DNA of 64,000 nt from an uncultured bacterium (GTDB taxonomy: Bacteria > Eisenbacteria > RBG-16-71-46), in contig CAZSQX010000009.1 of assembly GCA_964609125.1 (NCBI GenBank), positions 33,887 to 97,886 of the forward strand, read 5' to 3'. The translations under genes and the position numbers were made by a program. Shown in pieces: positions 52,985 to 63,236 of the stretch (position 1 is its first letter; each line of letters starts with the position of its first letter). The notes beneath the pieces are model-generated. The model was given only the letters and a program-made list of their open reading frames with translations. It ran no database searches and was not told where the DNA came from.

Positions 52985-53374
52985 CTACTTCAATCGCACC
53001 AGTCGCCCCTTGCGACGCACGATGTTCTTGTAGTCCCACTGGACTTCCCGCGCCTCGGCCAGCCAGCGCCGCAGCTTCGACGCGTCCACCTGATCGGCGG
53101 AGGTGTACCGGGCCTCGGCGGCCTTGAAGCTCCCCTCCTTCCTCAGCCCTCCCTCCTTGAAGGACTGGCCGCTCCAGAAGAGCAGGCGCACGCAGTCCTT
53201 CAGCTTGCTGTAGCCGACGATCGGGTTGCCGTCGAGGAACCACACCGGATGGGCGTGCCAGACCTTGTTCTCCGCCTCGGGCAGATGGCGGTCGATCTGC
53301 TCCGCCAGGATCCTGCAGATGGCCCGGTCGGCCGGAGCCAGGGCCGCGTTGTACTTCGTGGTGTCGGGGTGCAT
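52985..53374 (-). CDS. DUF1801 (YdhG-like) domain protein
   Basis: 129 aa: MHPDTTKYNAALAPADRAICRILAEQIDRHLPEAENKVWHAHPVWFLDGNPIVGYSKLKDCVRLLFWSGQSF. Confidence 0.6.
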   Translation of the reverse strand: MHPDTTKYNAALAPADRAICRILAEQIDRHLPEAENKVWHAHPVWFLDGNPIVGYSKLKDCVRLLFWSGQSFKEGGLRKEGSFKAAEARYTSADQVDASKLRRWLAEAREVQWDYKNIVRRKGRLVRLK

Positions 53375-53428
53375 CAGGGTCTCCTCATGACTCGGACCGG
53401 CGGAAGCCGCCGATGCCTGTGACGCGTC

Positions 53429-53890
53429 TCATGCCGCCTGCACTTCGCGATGGGTTCCCGGGCGCGGCCTGACGCCCGCGGCATCGGTAGCGGCCCGGCT
53501 ACGCATCCGAAGGCCCCGGCGCCCATCCGACCTCCTGGTCCAACGATCCGCACGGGACATGACCTCCCCGATGAACGGCCCCTCCGCGTCGGTGTAGGCG
53601 AGTCGTTCGCCCTGGAGCTGTCCCGCCAGGCCTCGCTTGAACTCCGCGTAGCGAACGCGTTCCTCGGGATGGACGCGCAGGTAGTCGCGGAACAACAGCG
53701 CGAACTGCTCGGCCCAGCTGCCGGCTCGCCTCACGTGGACGTGGGTCCTCCGCGTACCGGCCGGCTCGCGAAAGTGTCGCTTCGTCCGCTCGGAACTGTC
53801 GGGGCGAAACACCAGCCCCAGCCCCTCGATCGGCACGCGATAGGCACCCGCCGGATCGAGCGTGTGGTCATGGTCCGAGGACGATGGCAT
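53429..53890 (-). pseudogene. GrpB-family (UPF0157) C-terminal fragment lacking the N-terminal nucleotidyltransferase region (gene remnant)
   Basis: ...THVHVRRAGSWAEQFALLFRDYLRVHPEERVRYAEFKRGLAGQLQGERLAYTDAEGPFIGEVMSRA matches the GrpB C-terminal half. The N-terminal ~70 aa are absent, and the reading frame overlaps the 3' end of the upstream gene by 23 nt. Confidence 0.4.
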
Positions 53891-54926
53891 CCGCAATTTC
53901 GTAGTGTTCGTCGCCGATGCGGATCCGGTGCATGTCGCCGTCCCTGGTGGCGCGAAGCTCCGGGTAGCCGTCGGCCTGGCTCGTGTCGGCACCGATGGGC
54001 CTGCCCATTCGGAAGTAGATCGTGCGGGTGCGGCCGTCGGGCTTCCTGACGACGACCGTGGCGTAACCCCCACCCGCGCGAGCGACACCGAACTCGCATG
54101 GACCCGTCCCCTGGCCCGCAGCGAACGCGCAGGGCAGCGACCCGCTCGCGTCGAACCTGCCCTGGCCTGCGCGCGACGCGGAGTCGTCCGGGCCCATGGC
54201 CACGCTGCCATCGGGCGAGACCGCGCCCCGCAGGTACTCCGCGGCCACATAGCCCCGCGGGCCTCCGCCGAGTCGCTGCACGTCGCACCACGTGCGGCCC
54301 TGGTCGCGCCGACAGCCGCCGAGATTGTCGAGGATGGCTCCGGGGCGGCACCTCGCGAGAATCCTGGATGAGGTACTCGGCGCTTCTCGCAGGTTCAGCG
54401 TCGCTGTGACCTCCCAGTTGCGCGGCCCGCCGTTCTCGGGGGCCGCCTGCAGGAAGGCGCCGGAGCTCGTGCTGCCGTTGCGCTCCCACACGTAGATGCC
54501 GCCGTCCGCCATGAGACTCAGGTACAGGCGATCGTCCTTCAGCAGGAACGACCGGACGAACCTGGACCGTGCGACGATCTCCTCGTCCATGCTCGGCGGC
54601 GGGCACAGCGCGCGCGTCGCCGCGAGCGGGCCGAACTCGAACCCGCCGCTGGCGGCGCCGCTGTCCGGTGCGGCAGACCAGGTGCCCGTGGCACGGTTGC
54701 AGTTGAGCTGCATCGCGACCTTACCGTCACCGTGCAGCCACAGGGTGTAGAGCGAACCCTCGGCCGGGCGCGTGATGCCCTGCCGATCGTCCATCGACTG
54801 GAACTCGACGAGGCGCCAGTGCGTGCCGGCCAGCGGCGCGGTGGCCGCTTCGGCACCTCGCGACACCGAACCGGCCGCCACGACGAGCAGGGTCAGCGCA
54901 CCAGCGGCCGCAAGTCTGGCCTTCAC
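53868..54926 (-). CDS. secreted protein with META/HslJ-like (DUF306) domain, SH3b-like domain and Cys-containing C-terminal beta domain
   Basis: GTG at 54926 with RBS GGAGGAGG. Signal peptide VKARLAAAGALTLLVVAAGSVSRGAEA. GTHWRLVEFQSMDDRQG...LYLSLMADGGIYVWER (META-like). TATLNLREAPSTSSRILARCRPGAILDNLGGC...WCDVQ (SH3b-like). Confidence 0.55.
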   Translation of the reverse strand: MKARLAAAGALTLLVVAAGSVSRGAEAATAPLAGTHWRLVEFQSMDDRQGITRPAEGSLYTLWLHGDGKVAMQLNCNRATGTWSAAPDSGAASGGFEFGPLAATRALCPPPSMDEEIVARSRFVRSFLLKDDRLYLSLMADGGIYVWERNGSTSSGAFLQAAPENGGPRNWEVTATLNLREAPSTSSRILARCRPGAILDNLGGCRRDQGRTWCDVQRLGGGPRGYVAAEYLRGAVSPDGSVAMGPDDSASRAGQGRFDASGSLPCAFAAGQGTGPCEFGVARAGGGYATVVVRKPDGRTRTIYFRMGRPIGADTSQADGYPELRATRDGDMHRIRIGDEHYEIADAIVLGP

Positions 54927-55038
54927 CTGCGCGTCCTCCTCCGGCACAGGCTCCACAACCGCGGCGGATTCAGCGGCGGCGCGGTACGCTGTGCCCTGCA
55001 TGCCGTTGCCGGGGGCAGCCGGGCATGGCATCCCCCGC

Positions 55039-56130
55039 TCACTTCGTCACCACATACCAGTTGTTCTGGATGTCATGCGCAAGTCGGTGCGTCGTGATCG
55101 AGCGAAACCCCGCCTTCTGCAGGTATTCGCGTGTCTTCTCCTCGCCCCACATGGCACCCAGCCCTTCCCCGCCTTGCGCGAGCGACACCGTCATGCAGTG
55201 CATGCACGAAATGCTGTAAAGGAATGTGCCGATCGGGTGTTCGATGTCCCTGTGCAAGTGGCTCGTGCCGCTGATGTCCTGCATGAGATACACGCCGTCG
55301 GCCTTCAAGGTCCTGTAAATGGCCTTGAGCACGTTGAGCGGCTTGGCTTGGTCGTGTATCGCATCGAAGGTCGTCACGAAATCGAACGCCTCCGGCTCGG
55401 CGGTGGCGTCGAAGTCGCTGAGATCGGCGGCGATGAACTCGACGTTCGTCAGGCCTTCTTTCGCCGCCGCCTCCCGAGCGTACGCGATGGCTTCGCGCGA
55501 GAGATCCATGCCGACGAAGCGGCTGCTCGGATAGAGTGTGGCGAGCCGCGTGAGGATGCGACCCCGGCCGCAGCCAGCGTCGAGCACGCGTATGCCTTTC
55601 TCCAGCCGCTCGGTCAATCCCGGGGCGAGCGGCAGGATGTGCAACTCGAGCGATGACAACACCGACTGGCCGCTATCCTCGGCCATCACCTCGTGGAAAC
55701 GCGGGAACTTCTCGTAGGGCACGCCGCCGCCCTTCCTGAAGCACTCGACGATGTCATCCTCCACACAACCCATCACGGCGATGTATTGCCCGAACACCGC
55801 CATGTTGTCGGCCGCGGCCGCCCGCGTCAGGAACGCCGCATGTTCCGCCGGCAACCAGTAGCGCTTGCCGGCGGGATCGAAGTCGACCACTCCACCGGTC
55901 ACCATCGCCCCAAGCCACTCGCGGACATAACGCTCGTTCAGCCCCGCTCGGGCTGCGATCTCTTCCGAGCGTGCCGGCGACAACCGGCTCATGACATCGA
56001 ACAATCCGGTGCGATGGCCGATGGAAACCATCAGACAAAGAGCACCGTGGTTCAGCGCGGTCAGTACCCTTGCGGCGAACGCCTCCGCCTTCGCCCGATC
56101 GAAAGGAGACTGCGCGTCCTTCACCGACAT
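55039..56130 (-). CDS. class I SAM-dependent methyltransferase with N-terminal helical (winged-helix-like) domain
   Basis: 363 aa from the ATG at 56130 (RBS GGAGGTG). VLDAGCGRGRILTRLATLYPSSRFVGMDLS (motif I GxGxG), ...FDFVTTFDAIHD. Confidence 0.75.
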   Translation of the reverse strand: MSVKDAQSPFDRAKAEAFAARVLTALNHGALCLMVSIGHRTGLFDVMSRLSPARSEEIAARAGLNERYVREWLGAMVTGGVVDFDPAGKRYWLPAEHAAFLTRAAAADNMAVFGQYIAVMGCVEDDIVECFRKGGGVPYEKFPRFHEVMAEDSGQSVLSSLELHILPLAPGLTERLEKGIRVLDAGCGRGRILTRLATLYPSSRFVGMDLSREAIAYAREAAAKEGLTNVEFIAADLSDFDATAEPEAFDFVTTFDAIHDQAKPLNVLKAIYRTLKADGVYLMQDISGTSHLHRDIEHPIGTFLYSISCMHCMTVSLAQGGEGLGAMWGEEKTREYLQKAGFRSITTHRLAHDIQNNWYVVTK

Positions 56131-56330
56131 GACTTCCACCTCCGAGGTCTGGCAGGTCGACCACGCCGCCTGGCGCCACGGTTCAGCGGCGGCGCGAAGC
56201 GCCGCCCCCTGCCTTCCGGCTTTCGCCGCCGATCCTCCCCGGGGCCCCATCGAGCGAACGTGGACGCTGGAGCTTGGCGGGGCCGCGAAGCGGGATCGCC
56301 ACCGCATCTGTAGCCTGGTTCAACGTGTCG

Positions 56331-56788
56331 TCAGGGCGCCCCTCGCAACGCCGAAAGTGCCTTCCCGGGGATCGCGAGCAGGCCCGCATGGTACAGGTCG
56401 TGCTGAGGCGCGCCGTAGAACCGAATATACACCGGGTGCTCCGAACCCGGCTCCTGCGAATGGCGCTCCGCGGGGAAGGCCCGCACGGCATTCTGAAGCT
56501 GCAGATTCAGCGCTTTCGAGGTGCGCCGGCTCTCGCGCCAGGCGTCCGCACCAAACTCCGGAACCGGAGTCCACTCGTCCTCCGGCGGGAGCCGCGCACG
56601 CTCACCACGAACCCGCCGAAGAAGCAGGGGTACCCGCCGGTCATTTGAAGAACGAGCTCCCAAATGCTGTGAGCGACGGCGGTCGGATGTGGTGCCGAGG
56701 CTTCCGCCGACGCACCCGCCAGCACTTCGAGCACCGTAGGCCCGTGCCAGGACTCGCCACGAAAGGCTCGCCCGATCTGGGCTGCCAT
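56331..56788 (-). pseudogene. third DinB_2-family gene, apparently frameshifted
   Basis: The N-terminal half is in one frame (MAAQIGRAFRGESWHGPTVLEVLAGASAEASAPHPTAVAHSIWELVLQMTGG..., from the ATG at 56788). The C-terminal half is in another frame (...LQLQNAVRAFPAERHSQEPGSEHPVYIRFYGAPQHDLYHAGLLAI..., track ORF 56331..56663). Combined length of 152 aa fits the family. Confidence 0.4.
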
Positions 56789-57003
56789 GTTCTCAAGATT
56801 CGGGGGAATCGTCTCCCATTCGGCCGCGTCGGCCCAACGCCCAACAACAACGGCGGCGCTCACCGCCGTTCGCGCCGAGCGGTTGTCGGGCGGCGCCGTC
56901 GGGACTCCGAGCACTCCGCGATGCCGGCGATGCCAGGTCGGCGGGCCCGGTCCGGGTGGAGAAGCTCGGAGTGGACCCGTCCGGCGTCCCCGCGTGCACG
57001 ACG

Positions 57004-58272
57004 TCACGGTCCGAGCCGCCGTTCCGCGGACCGCGCGTGTGCCTCGAGTCCTTCGAGGCGACCCAGCCACGCCGCGTCCTCGACCAGCTCCCGGGCGCCG
57101 GCGGCATCGTCGATCGCCAGCCACGTGCGCACGCGCAGGAACGTCAGCACCGAAAGACCGCCGGCGGAGCGAGCCGCGCCCCCGGTGGGCAGGGCGTGGT
57201 TGGGCCCCGCGCCGTAGTCTCCCAGCACCTCCGCGGCCGCGCTGCCGACGAACAGCGCGCCGTAGTGACGCAGCCGTGGCGCCACGCACGCGGCGTCCGC
57301 GACGTGAAGCTCCAGATGCTCCGGCGCCAGGAGGTCGCACGCGGCGACGCCCTCGGCCAGGTCGCGCACCACGACGGCTCCCCCGTTGGCCAAAGCCGCG
57401 CGGGCGATGACGGCGGTCGGCAGCGTTTCGAGCTGGCGCAGCAGCTCGGCCGAGACCTCCTCGGCGATCGCGGCGCCGACGCTCACGAGGACCGGCACCG
57501 CGCTCGGATCGTGCTCGGCCTGCGCGAGGAGATCCGCCGCGACCATTCCCGCGTCGGCCGTCGCGTCGGCCAGCACCACGAGCTCGGAAGGTCCAGCCAG
57601 GGCATCGATGGCGACGTGCCCCGCGACCCGCTGCTTGGCGGCGGTCACGTACGCGTTGCCCGGGCCCACGACGGCGTCGCATCGCGGCACCGGGCCGGCA
57701 CCGAAGGCGAGCGCCGCGATGGCCTGCGCGCCGCCGGCCGCGAGGAATCCGTCCGCGTTCGCCAGCGCGGCGGCGGCGAGCGTGAGCGGCGCAGGCCGCG
57801 GACTGGCCACCCACACCTCCAGGACGCCCGCCTCACGCGCCGTGAGCGCGGTCATGAGCACGGAGGACGGAAGCGGGTAACGGCCGCCGGGGGCGTAGCA
57901 CCCCGCTCGCTCCACGGGGGCGATGAAGTGGCCGGCCCTGCCGCCCGGGATCGTTGTCTCGAACGTCCCGAGGGTCGCGCGCTGTCCGCGCGCGAACGCG
58001 CGAATGCGGTGCGCGATCCGCTCCAGCCGTTCGCGGTCCCCTGGCTCCAGCGCCGCGAGCGCCGATGCGAGGGCCTCGCGCGGCAGGACGAGCGGTGCAC
58101 CGGGCGCCAGGTCGCCCAGCCTCTCCGAGTGCTCCCTGAGCGCGACCTCGCCGCGCACACGCACGTCGCGCACGATCTCGGCCGCGGTCTCCTGCACCTC
58201 CGAGGGCGTGTGGCCGCCCATCCGGGCCGCCATCTCCCGTGCCGTTCGGCGCGGGAAGCCGTCGGTCATCAC
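57004..58272 (-). CDS. hisD: histidinol dehydrogenase
   Basis: ...GGAQAIAALAFGAGPVPRCDAVVGPGNAYVTAAKQRV...AQAEHDPSAVPVLV... GTG at 58272 overlaps the upstream stop. Confidence 0.93.
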   Translation of the reverse strand: MMTDGFPRRTAREMAARMGGHTPSEVQETAAEIVRDVRVRGEVALREHSERLGDLAPGAPLVLPREALASALAALEPGDRERLERIAHRIRAFARGQRATLGTFETTIPGGRAGHFIAPVERAGCYAPGGRYPLPSSVLMTALTAREAGVLEVWVASPRPAPLTLAAAALANADGFLAAGGAQAIAALAFGAGPVPRCDAVVGPGNAYVTAAKQRVAGHVAIDALAGPSELVVLADATADAGMVAADLLAQAEHDPSAVPVLVSVGAAIAEEVSAELLRQLETLPTAVIARAALANGGAVVVRDLAEGVAACDLLAPEHLELHVADAACVAPRLRHYGALFVGSAAAEVLGDYGAGPNHALPTGGAARSAGGLSVLTFLRVRTWLAIDDAAGARELVEDAAWLGRLEGLEAHARSAERRLGP

Positions 58273-59522
58273 TTCGGCTCCATCGGCCGGCGCGTCACCG
58301 CGAGCCGCCGGCGTCCAAGCTCAGACTCGACATCGGCGAGGGTCGCGCCCGCCCGCGCGATCGCCGCCAGCACCAGGTAGAGTACGTCGGCGGCTTCGTG
58401 CACCACGTCGTCGCGCGTGGCGGCGCGCGCCAGCTCGGCGGCCTCCTCGGCGAGCTTCGCCTCCAGCAGGCCGGGCCTGGTCAGCAGCCGGACCGTCCCG
58501 GACCCGGTATCGCCGCCGGCTCGGCGCGCGGCGATGACGCGCTCGAGCGAGCCAAGATCGAAGCGGTCGCGAAAGCAGCTGCGCGTGCGGCGGTGGCAGA
58601 AGCCCGCTCCCTGCTGGCGCACGACGAATCGCAGCGCGTCGCGGTCGCAATCCGCGTCCACGCCCAGCAGTCGCTGGGTGTTCCCCGACGATTCACCCTT
58701 GACCCAGATGGCGGAGCGCGATCGCGACCAATAGATGCCTCGGCGCTCGGCCACCGCGCGGCGCAGCGAAGCCGCGCTGCTCCATGCGAGACCCAGCATC
58801 CTCCCCGATTCGTCGCAGACGACGGTGGGCCACAGTCCGTCCGGTCCCGCGCGAAGCACCGCGGCGACGGCATCCCCAAGGTCCATCCGCCCGGTGTAGA
58901 GCGCCATCCCCACCTGCGCATCGGCGCCGAGGCGATCGAGCTCGGCGATCTCGCCGGGCGAGGTGATGCCTCCGGCGGCGGTGACGCGGGCGTCGCCTGC
59001 CGCGGTTACCGCGGCGCGTACGAGGCTCGCGTCGAACCCTTCCATCCCTCCTTCGCGCTCCACCTGGGTGAGGAGAAAGCCGCCCACATGCGGCGCGAGC
59101 GAGCGGATGACATCGAGCGCCGGCTGCCCGGTCTTCGCGCGCCAGCCGTCCACCACGACCTCGCCGCGCACCGAGTCCACGGCGGCGATCACGCGATCGC
59201 GGGGCAGGGCGCCGCAGAGCTCGGGCGACGCCGCGGTGCCGACCATGATCCGCTCGGCGCCGGCGTCGAGCCACGCGCGCGCGGTCTCGAGGTCGCGAAT
59301 GCCGCCCCCTACGCGACACGCCGCTCGACGCACCATCGTCCGGATGATGGCGGCGTTCGATCCGCGGCCCAGCGCCGCATCGAGGTCCACCACGGCGACC
59401 TCGCCCGCCACCGCGAACTGCTCGAGGCGCTCCAGCGGGTCCCCACCGTCGAGCACGAGCTCGCGCCCCTGCCGCAACTGCACCGCGCGTCCGTTCATCA
59501 GGTCGATGCTGGGGACGATCAT
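58269..59522 (-). CDS. hisA/hisIE: fused HisA (ProFAR isomerase) + HisIE (PR-AMP cyclohydrolase / PR-ATP pyrophosphatase)
   Basis: N-terminal [19 protein letters not shown]...[27 protein letters not shown] (HisA TIM-barrel). The C-terminal ~170 aa contain ...[49 protein letters not shown] (HisI) and ...[36 protein letters not shown] (HisE). Confidence 0.85.
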   Translation of the reverse strand: MIVPSIDLMNGRAVQLRQGRELVLDGGDPLERLEQFAVAGEVAVVDLDAALGRGSNAAIIRTMVRRAACRVGGGIRDLETARAWLDAGAERIMVGTAASPELCGALPRDRVIAAVDSVRGEVVVDGWRAKTGQPALDVIRSLAPHVGGFLLTQVEREGGMEGFDASLVRAAVTAAGDARVTAAGGITSPGEIAELDRLGADAQVGMALYTGRMDLGDAVAAVLRAGPDGLWPTVVCDESGRMLGLAWSSAASLRRAVAERRGIYWSRSRSAIWVKGESSGNTQRLLGVDADCDRDALRFVVRQQGAGFCHRRTRSCFRDRFDLGSLERVIAARRAGGDTGSGTVRLLTRPGLLEAKLAEEAAELARAATRDDVVHEAADVLYLVLAAIARAGATLADVESELGRRRLAVTRRPMEPK

Positions 59523-60922
59523 CGCCGCACCCGCACACCGCGGCCGGCCAGATCCGCCTTGATCGCCGCCACCGTGTCATCGCCGTCGTGGAACACGGAG
59601 GCGGCCAGCACCGCTTCCGCCCCCGCCGCAAGCGCCTCGGCCACGTGCGCTCGCGTGCCGATGCCCCCCGAGGCGATCACCGGCACGGTGACCGCGCCGC
59701 GCACGGCGCGCACCAGCTCGACATCGCAGCCGGCACGCGTGCCGTCGCGGTCCCAGCTCGTGAGCAGGATCTCGCCCGCGCCGAGCGCCGCCCCGTCCCG
59801 CGCCCACTCGACCGCGTCCCGTCCCGCGCGCTCCCGGCCGCCCATGACCAGCACCTCCCAGCCCCTGCCGGAGCGGCGCGCGTCCACGGCGAGCACCACG
59901 CACTGGCGCCCGAACTCGCGCGCCAGCTCGTCGAGCAGTTGCGGACGTGCCACCGCGGCGCTGTTCACGCTCACCTTGTCCGCGCCGGCGGCCAGGAGGG
60001 CGCGCGCGTCCTCCACCGACCGAACGCCGCCACCGGCCGTGAGCGGGATGCCGAGGGCCGCCCGCACCCGGTGCACCGTCTCCACCTGCGTCGCGCGCGA
60101 CGCGGGCGAGGCGGCGATGTCGAGCACGACGAGCTCGTCGGCGCCCTGCGCTTCGTAGATCGCCGCCTGCTCGGCGGGATCGCCGGCGTCGCGCAGACCG
60201 GTGAACTGCACGCCCTTCACGACGCGTCCATCCTGCACGTCCAGGCAGGGCACGAGTCGCACGGCGAGCCCGGTCCCACGGGGCGGCGGCGCCGGCGCGG
60301 CGCCGGGCGCCGGGTCCACACGGAGCCCTCCCGCCACGAGCCAGCGTCGCACCAGCTCGCTTCCCGCGGGGCCGGACAGCTCGGGATGGAACTGGCACGC
60401 GAGCAGCGCGCCGCGTTCCAGCGCGGCGACGAACCTCGCACCGTGCGTCGTCCAGGCCGCCGCCCACCCGGGCGGCGCGTCCCGCAGCGCGTACGAGTTG
60501 GCGAAGGCGGCTTCCATCGTCGTGACGTGCCGGCACGACGCGTCCGGATCCACCCGGTTCCACCCCAGGTGTGGCACGCGCACGCCGGCCGGCAGGCGCC
60601 GGCACGTGCCGGGCAGCAAGCCGAGGCCGGCGATCCCCGGACTCTCCTCGCTCGCCTCGCACAACAGCTGGAGCCCGAGGCAGATGGCGAGCAGGGGCGT
60701 TCCCTCGAGCGCGGCGTCACGCACGGCGTCGTCGAGTCCCTTCGCGCGCAGCATGGCCATCCCCGCGCCGAACGCCCCCACACCCGGCAGCACGAGGCGC
60801 CGGGCCCGGCGCACCACGTCCGCCTCGGCGGACACCGTGGTCCGAACACCCAGCCGCGCGAACGCCCCGCGAACCGATGCGAGATTCGCCACGCCGGAAT
60901 CCACGATCACGACGTCGGTCAC
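59519..60922 (-). CDS. hisHF: fused imidazole glycerol phosphate synthase HisH (glutaminase) + HisF (cyclase)
   Basis: N-terminal [25 protein letters not shown]...ICLGLQLL (GATase catalytic Cys)...FHPE. Pro/Ala linker. C-terminal [22 protein letters not shown]...[16 protein letters not shown]...VIASGGIG (HisF). 467 aa. Confidence 0.88.
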   Translation of the reverse strand: MTDVVIVDSGVANLASVRGAFARLGVRTTVSAEADVVRRARRLVLPGVGAFGAGMAMLRAKGLDDAVRDAALEGTPLLAICLGLQLLCEASEESPGIAGLGLLPGTCRRLPAGVRVPHLGWNRVDPDASCRHVTTMEAAFANSYALRDAPPGWAAAWTTHGARFVAALERGALLACQFHPELSGPAGSELVRRWLVAGGLRVDPAPGAAPAPPPRGTGLAVRLVPCLDVQDGRVVKGVQFTGLRDAGDPAEQAAIYEAQGADELVVLDIAASPASRATQVETVHRVRAALGIPLTAGGGVRSVEDARALLAAGADKVSVNSAAVARPQLLDELAREFGRQCVVLAVDARRSGRGWEVLVMGGRERAGRDAVEWARDGAALGAGEILLTSWDRDGTRAGCDVELVRAVRGAVTVPVIASGGIGTRAHVAEALAAGAEAVLAASVFHDGDDTVAAIKADLAGRGVRVRR

Positions 60923-61506
60923 AGCGTTCCCTTGGTGGACGGCACGTCGTCGAATCCGGATGGCGCCACCGCCTGGCGAAGCGCGAGCGCGACGGCCTTG
61001 AACGCCGCCTCGGCGCGATGGTGGTCGTTGTCGCCCTTGAGCACATCGGCGTGCAGCGTGAGCCGCGCGGCGGTCGCGAACGAGCGGAGCACGTGCGGGA
61101 CGTTTTCCGCCGAGAGCGTGCCGAGGGCGCCGCGCGTCAGGCCGAGCTGGACGTCCGCGAACGGCCGCCCCGAGAGATCCACCGCCACGCGCGCCAGCGC
61201 CTCGTCGAGCGGGGCCAGCGCCCAGCCGAACCGCGCGATGCCGCGGCGGTCGCCGAGCGCCCGATCCAGCGCCTCACCGAGCGCGAGCGCGGCGTCTTCC
61301 GCGGAGTGATGATCGTCCACGTGCAGGTCGCCGTCGCACCGCAACGTGAGATCGAGCCGCGCGTGCCGCGCAAGGGCGGTCAGCAGGTGGTCGAGAAAGC
61401 CGATGCCGGTGCGCACGTCAGCGCGCCCTCCGCCGTCGAGGTCGAGCTCGACGACCACGGTCGTCTCCGCCGTCCGGCGCTCCACCCGCGCGCGTCGCGC
61501 GTTCAT
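60919..61506 (-). CDS. hisB: imidazoleglycerol-phosphate dehydratase (monofunctional)
   Basis: [27 protein letters not shown]...[18 protein letters not shown]...[15 protein letters not shown]. 195 aa. No HAD phosphatase domain. Confidence 0.9.
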   Translation of the reverse strand: MNARRARVERRTAETTVVVELDLDGGGRADVRTGIGFLDHLLTALARHARLDLTLRCDGDLHVDDHHSAEDAALALGEALDRALGDRRGIARFGWALAPLDEALARVAVDLSGRPFADVQLGLTRGALGTLSAENVPHVLRSFATAARLTLHADVLKGDNDHHRAEAAFKAVALALRQAVAPSGFDDVPSTKGTL

Positions 61507-63236
61507 GGAAGCACCTCCAGGAGGTCCGACAGCCGATCGAGCACCAGCGTCGCGCCGGCCGCGGTGAGAGCGCGGGCCGCCGCGTCGCGCGATTCCCCGG
61601 GGGCGATGGCGCCGAGCGGCAGGACGCCGGCGGCGCGGGCCGCGCTCGCGTCGTCGGGCGTGTCGCCGACCATCCATCCCCGCGTTGCGCCGAGTCGCCG
61701 GAGCGCCAGCAGGACCGGCGCAGGATCCGGCTTGTTGGGCGCGTCCTCGAGCGCCACGACCGTGCGGACCAGGTCGCGGATCCCGGCGCGGTCCAGAAAC
61801 CATTCCGCCTCGGCGCACGGCCGGCCGGTGACGATGCCGAGCGGAAGCCTGGCGGCGAGCGCCGCGAGCACATCGCGCGGGACGATGAGCCGCTCCGATT
61901 CGCGCAGCCCCGGCGTCCCGTCGGTGCCCAGGTAGCGCGCCTGGTAGCGGGCCGTGACTTCCTCCAGGGAACGCTCCACGCCGTGCGCGGCGAGCAGCCG
62001 CCGGGTCAGCACCCAGTCGTTGCTCGCGTCCCCGCGCAGCGTGGCCTGGAACACTTCATTGCGGCTTACGTCCACGCCGAAGTCGCGGGCCGTGGCAAGC
62101 ACGCAGGCGCGGTAGGAGACCTCGACGTCCGCCAGCACCCCGTCCAGGTCGAGCAGCAGCGCCTCCGGGGCCAGGGCCAGGTCGAACGCGGCCGTCAGGT
62201 GCGCGAACGCCTCCGCGTCCCCGGGAAGCGTGACGCGCAGCCCGGTGGCAGCGGCCGGCCGATCGGGAAAGTCGCGGACATGGATGCCCTGTGCGGCGAG
62301 CGCGGCGTGCACGAAGGCCGCGCGTCGCCCGAACTCGGCGTACACGAAGTTGGCCTGCGATCGCCGCGGCGCGAGGCCGCGCGCGGCAAGCAGCTCGGAC
62401 AGCGCGGCGCGCTCGCGGCGCACCTGCGCGACGTGGGCCGCCATCCCCGCGTCGCCGCGCTCGAGCTGCATCGCCGCGAATGCGACGGACGGTCCCGCGA
62501 CGGAATACGGCCCGCCGGCCGCGCGCAGCGTCGCGATCACTTCGGCCGGTCCCAGCAGGTAACCCACCCGGCACCCCGCAAGTCCACGCGCTTTGGAGAA
62601 CGTGCGCGCCACGACCACGTTCGGGAGCGCGAGCGCGGCCGCCGTGAGGTCCTCGTCCGCATACTCGACGTACGCGTGGTCGAGGAGGATCAGGGCGTCG
62701 GGCGCGGCGGAAGCGAGGCGCCGGACATCGTCGATCGCGGCGACCTCGCCGGTCGGGTTGTTCGGGCTCACGATGGCGACGAGCGCGGTGCGCTCCTCCA
62801 GGCGCTCGAGCATCGCCGCGGTCGGGAACGGGCCTGCCGCCCACGGCACCCGAACAAGCGTGCCGCCGGCCAGTGCCGCGTAGCGGTCGAGCATCTCGAA
62901 GCTGGGGTCGGGCACGAGCATCGTCGCGCCCGCCGAAAGGAACGCCCGACAGCATCGGTCGATGGCCTCGTCGGCGCCGGCCGTGACCAGCACCCGCGCG
63001 GGTTCGACGCCATTCCGATGCGCGAGCGCCGCCTCGAGCGCCGCCGCGTCGGGATAACGCCGCAGCAGCTCCGGCCCGGCGGCGCGCAGCGCGTCCACCA
63101 TGAGGGCGAGTGCGGGTACGGGTCCCTCGTTGCCGTCGAGCTTGAGCCGGATGGCGCCCGGTGGCGGCTGCCGCCGACGATAGGCCAGGGCGGAAGGCAC
63201 GCGGGACAGCGGACCGGCTTTCAGGGAAGGACTCAT
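61503..63236 (-). CDS. hisC: histidinol-phosphate aminotransferase fused to a C-terminal HAD-family hydrolase domain (putative histidinol-phosphatase)
   Basis: N-terminal PLP aminotransferase (...IRLKLDGNEGPVP..., TFSKARGLAGCRVGY (PLP Lys)). C-terminal ~210 aa LLLDLDGVLADVE (HAD motif I DxDGV)...GIVTGRP...WMVGDTPDD (motif III/IV). Confidence 0.8.
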   Translation of the reverse strand: MSPSLKAGPLSRVPSALAYRRRQPPPGAIRLKLDGNEGPVPALALMVDALRAAGPELLRRYPDAAALEAALAHRNGVEPARVLVTAGADEAIDRCCRAFLSAGATMLVPDPSFEMLDRYAALAGGTLVRVPWAAGPFPTAAMLERLEERTALVAIVSPNNPTGEVAAIDDVRRLASAAPDALILLDHAYVEYADEDLTAAALALPNVVVARTFSKARGLAGCRVGYLLGPAEVIATLRAAGGPYSVAGPSVAFAAMQLERGDAGMAAHVAQVRRERAALSELLAARGLAPRRSQANFVYAEFGRRAAFVHAALAAQGIHVRDFPDRPAAATGLRVTLPGDAEAFAHLTAAFDLALAPEALLLDLDGVLADVEVSYRACVLATARDFGVDVSRNEVFQATLRGDASNDWVLTRRLLAAHGVERSLEEVTARYQARYLGTDGTPGLRESERLIVPRDVLAALAARLPLGIVTGRPCAEAEWFLDRAGIRDLVRTVVALEDAPNKPDPAPVLLALRRLGATRGWMVGDTPDDASAARAAGVLPLGAIAPGESRDAAARALTAAGATLVLDRLSDLLEVLP

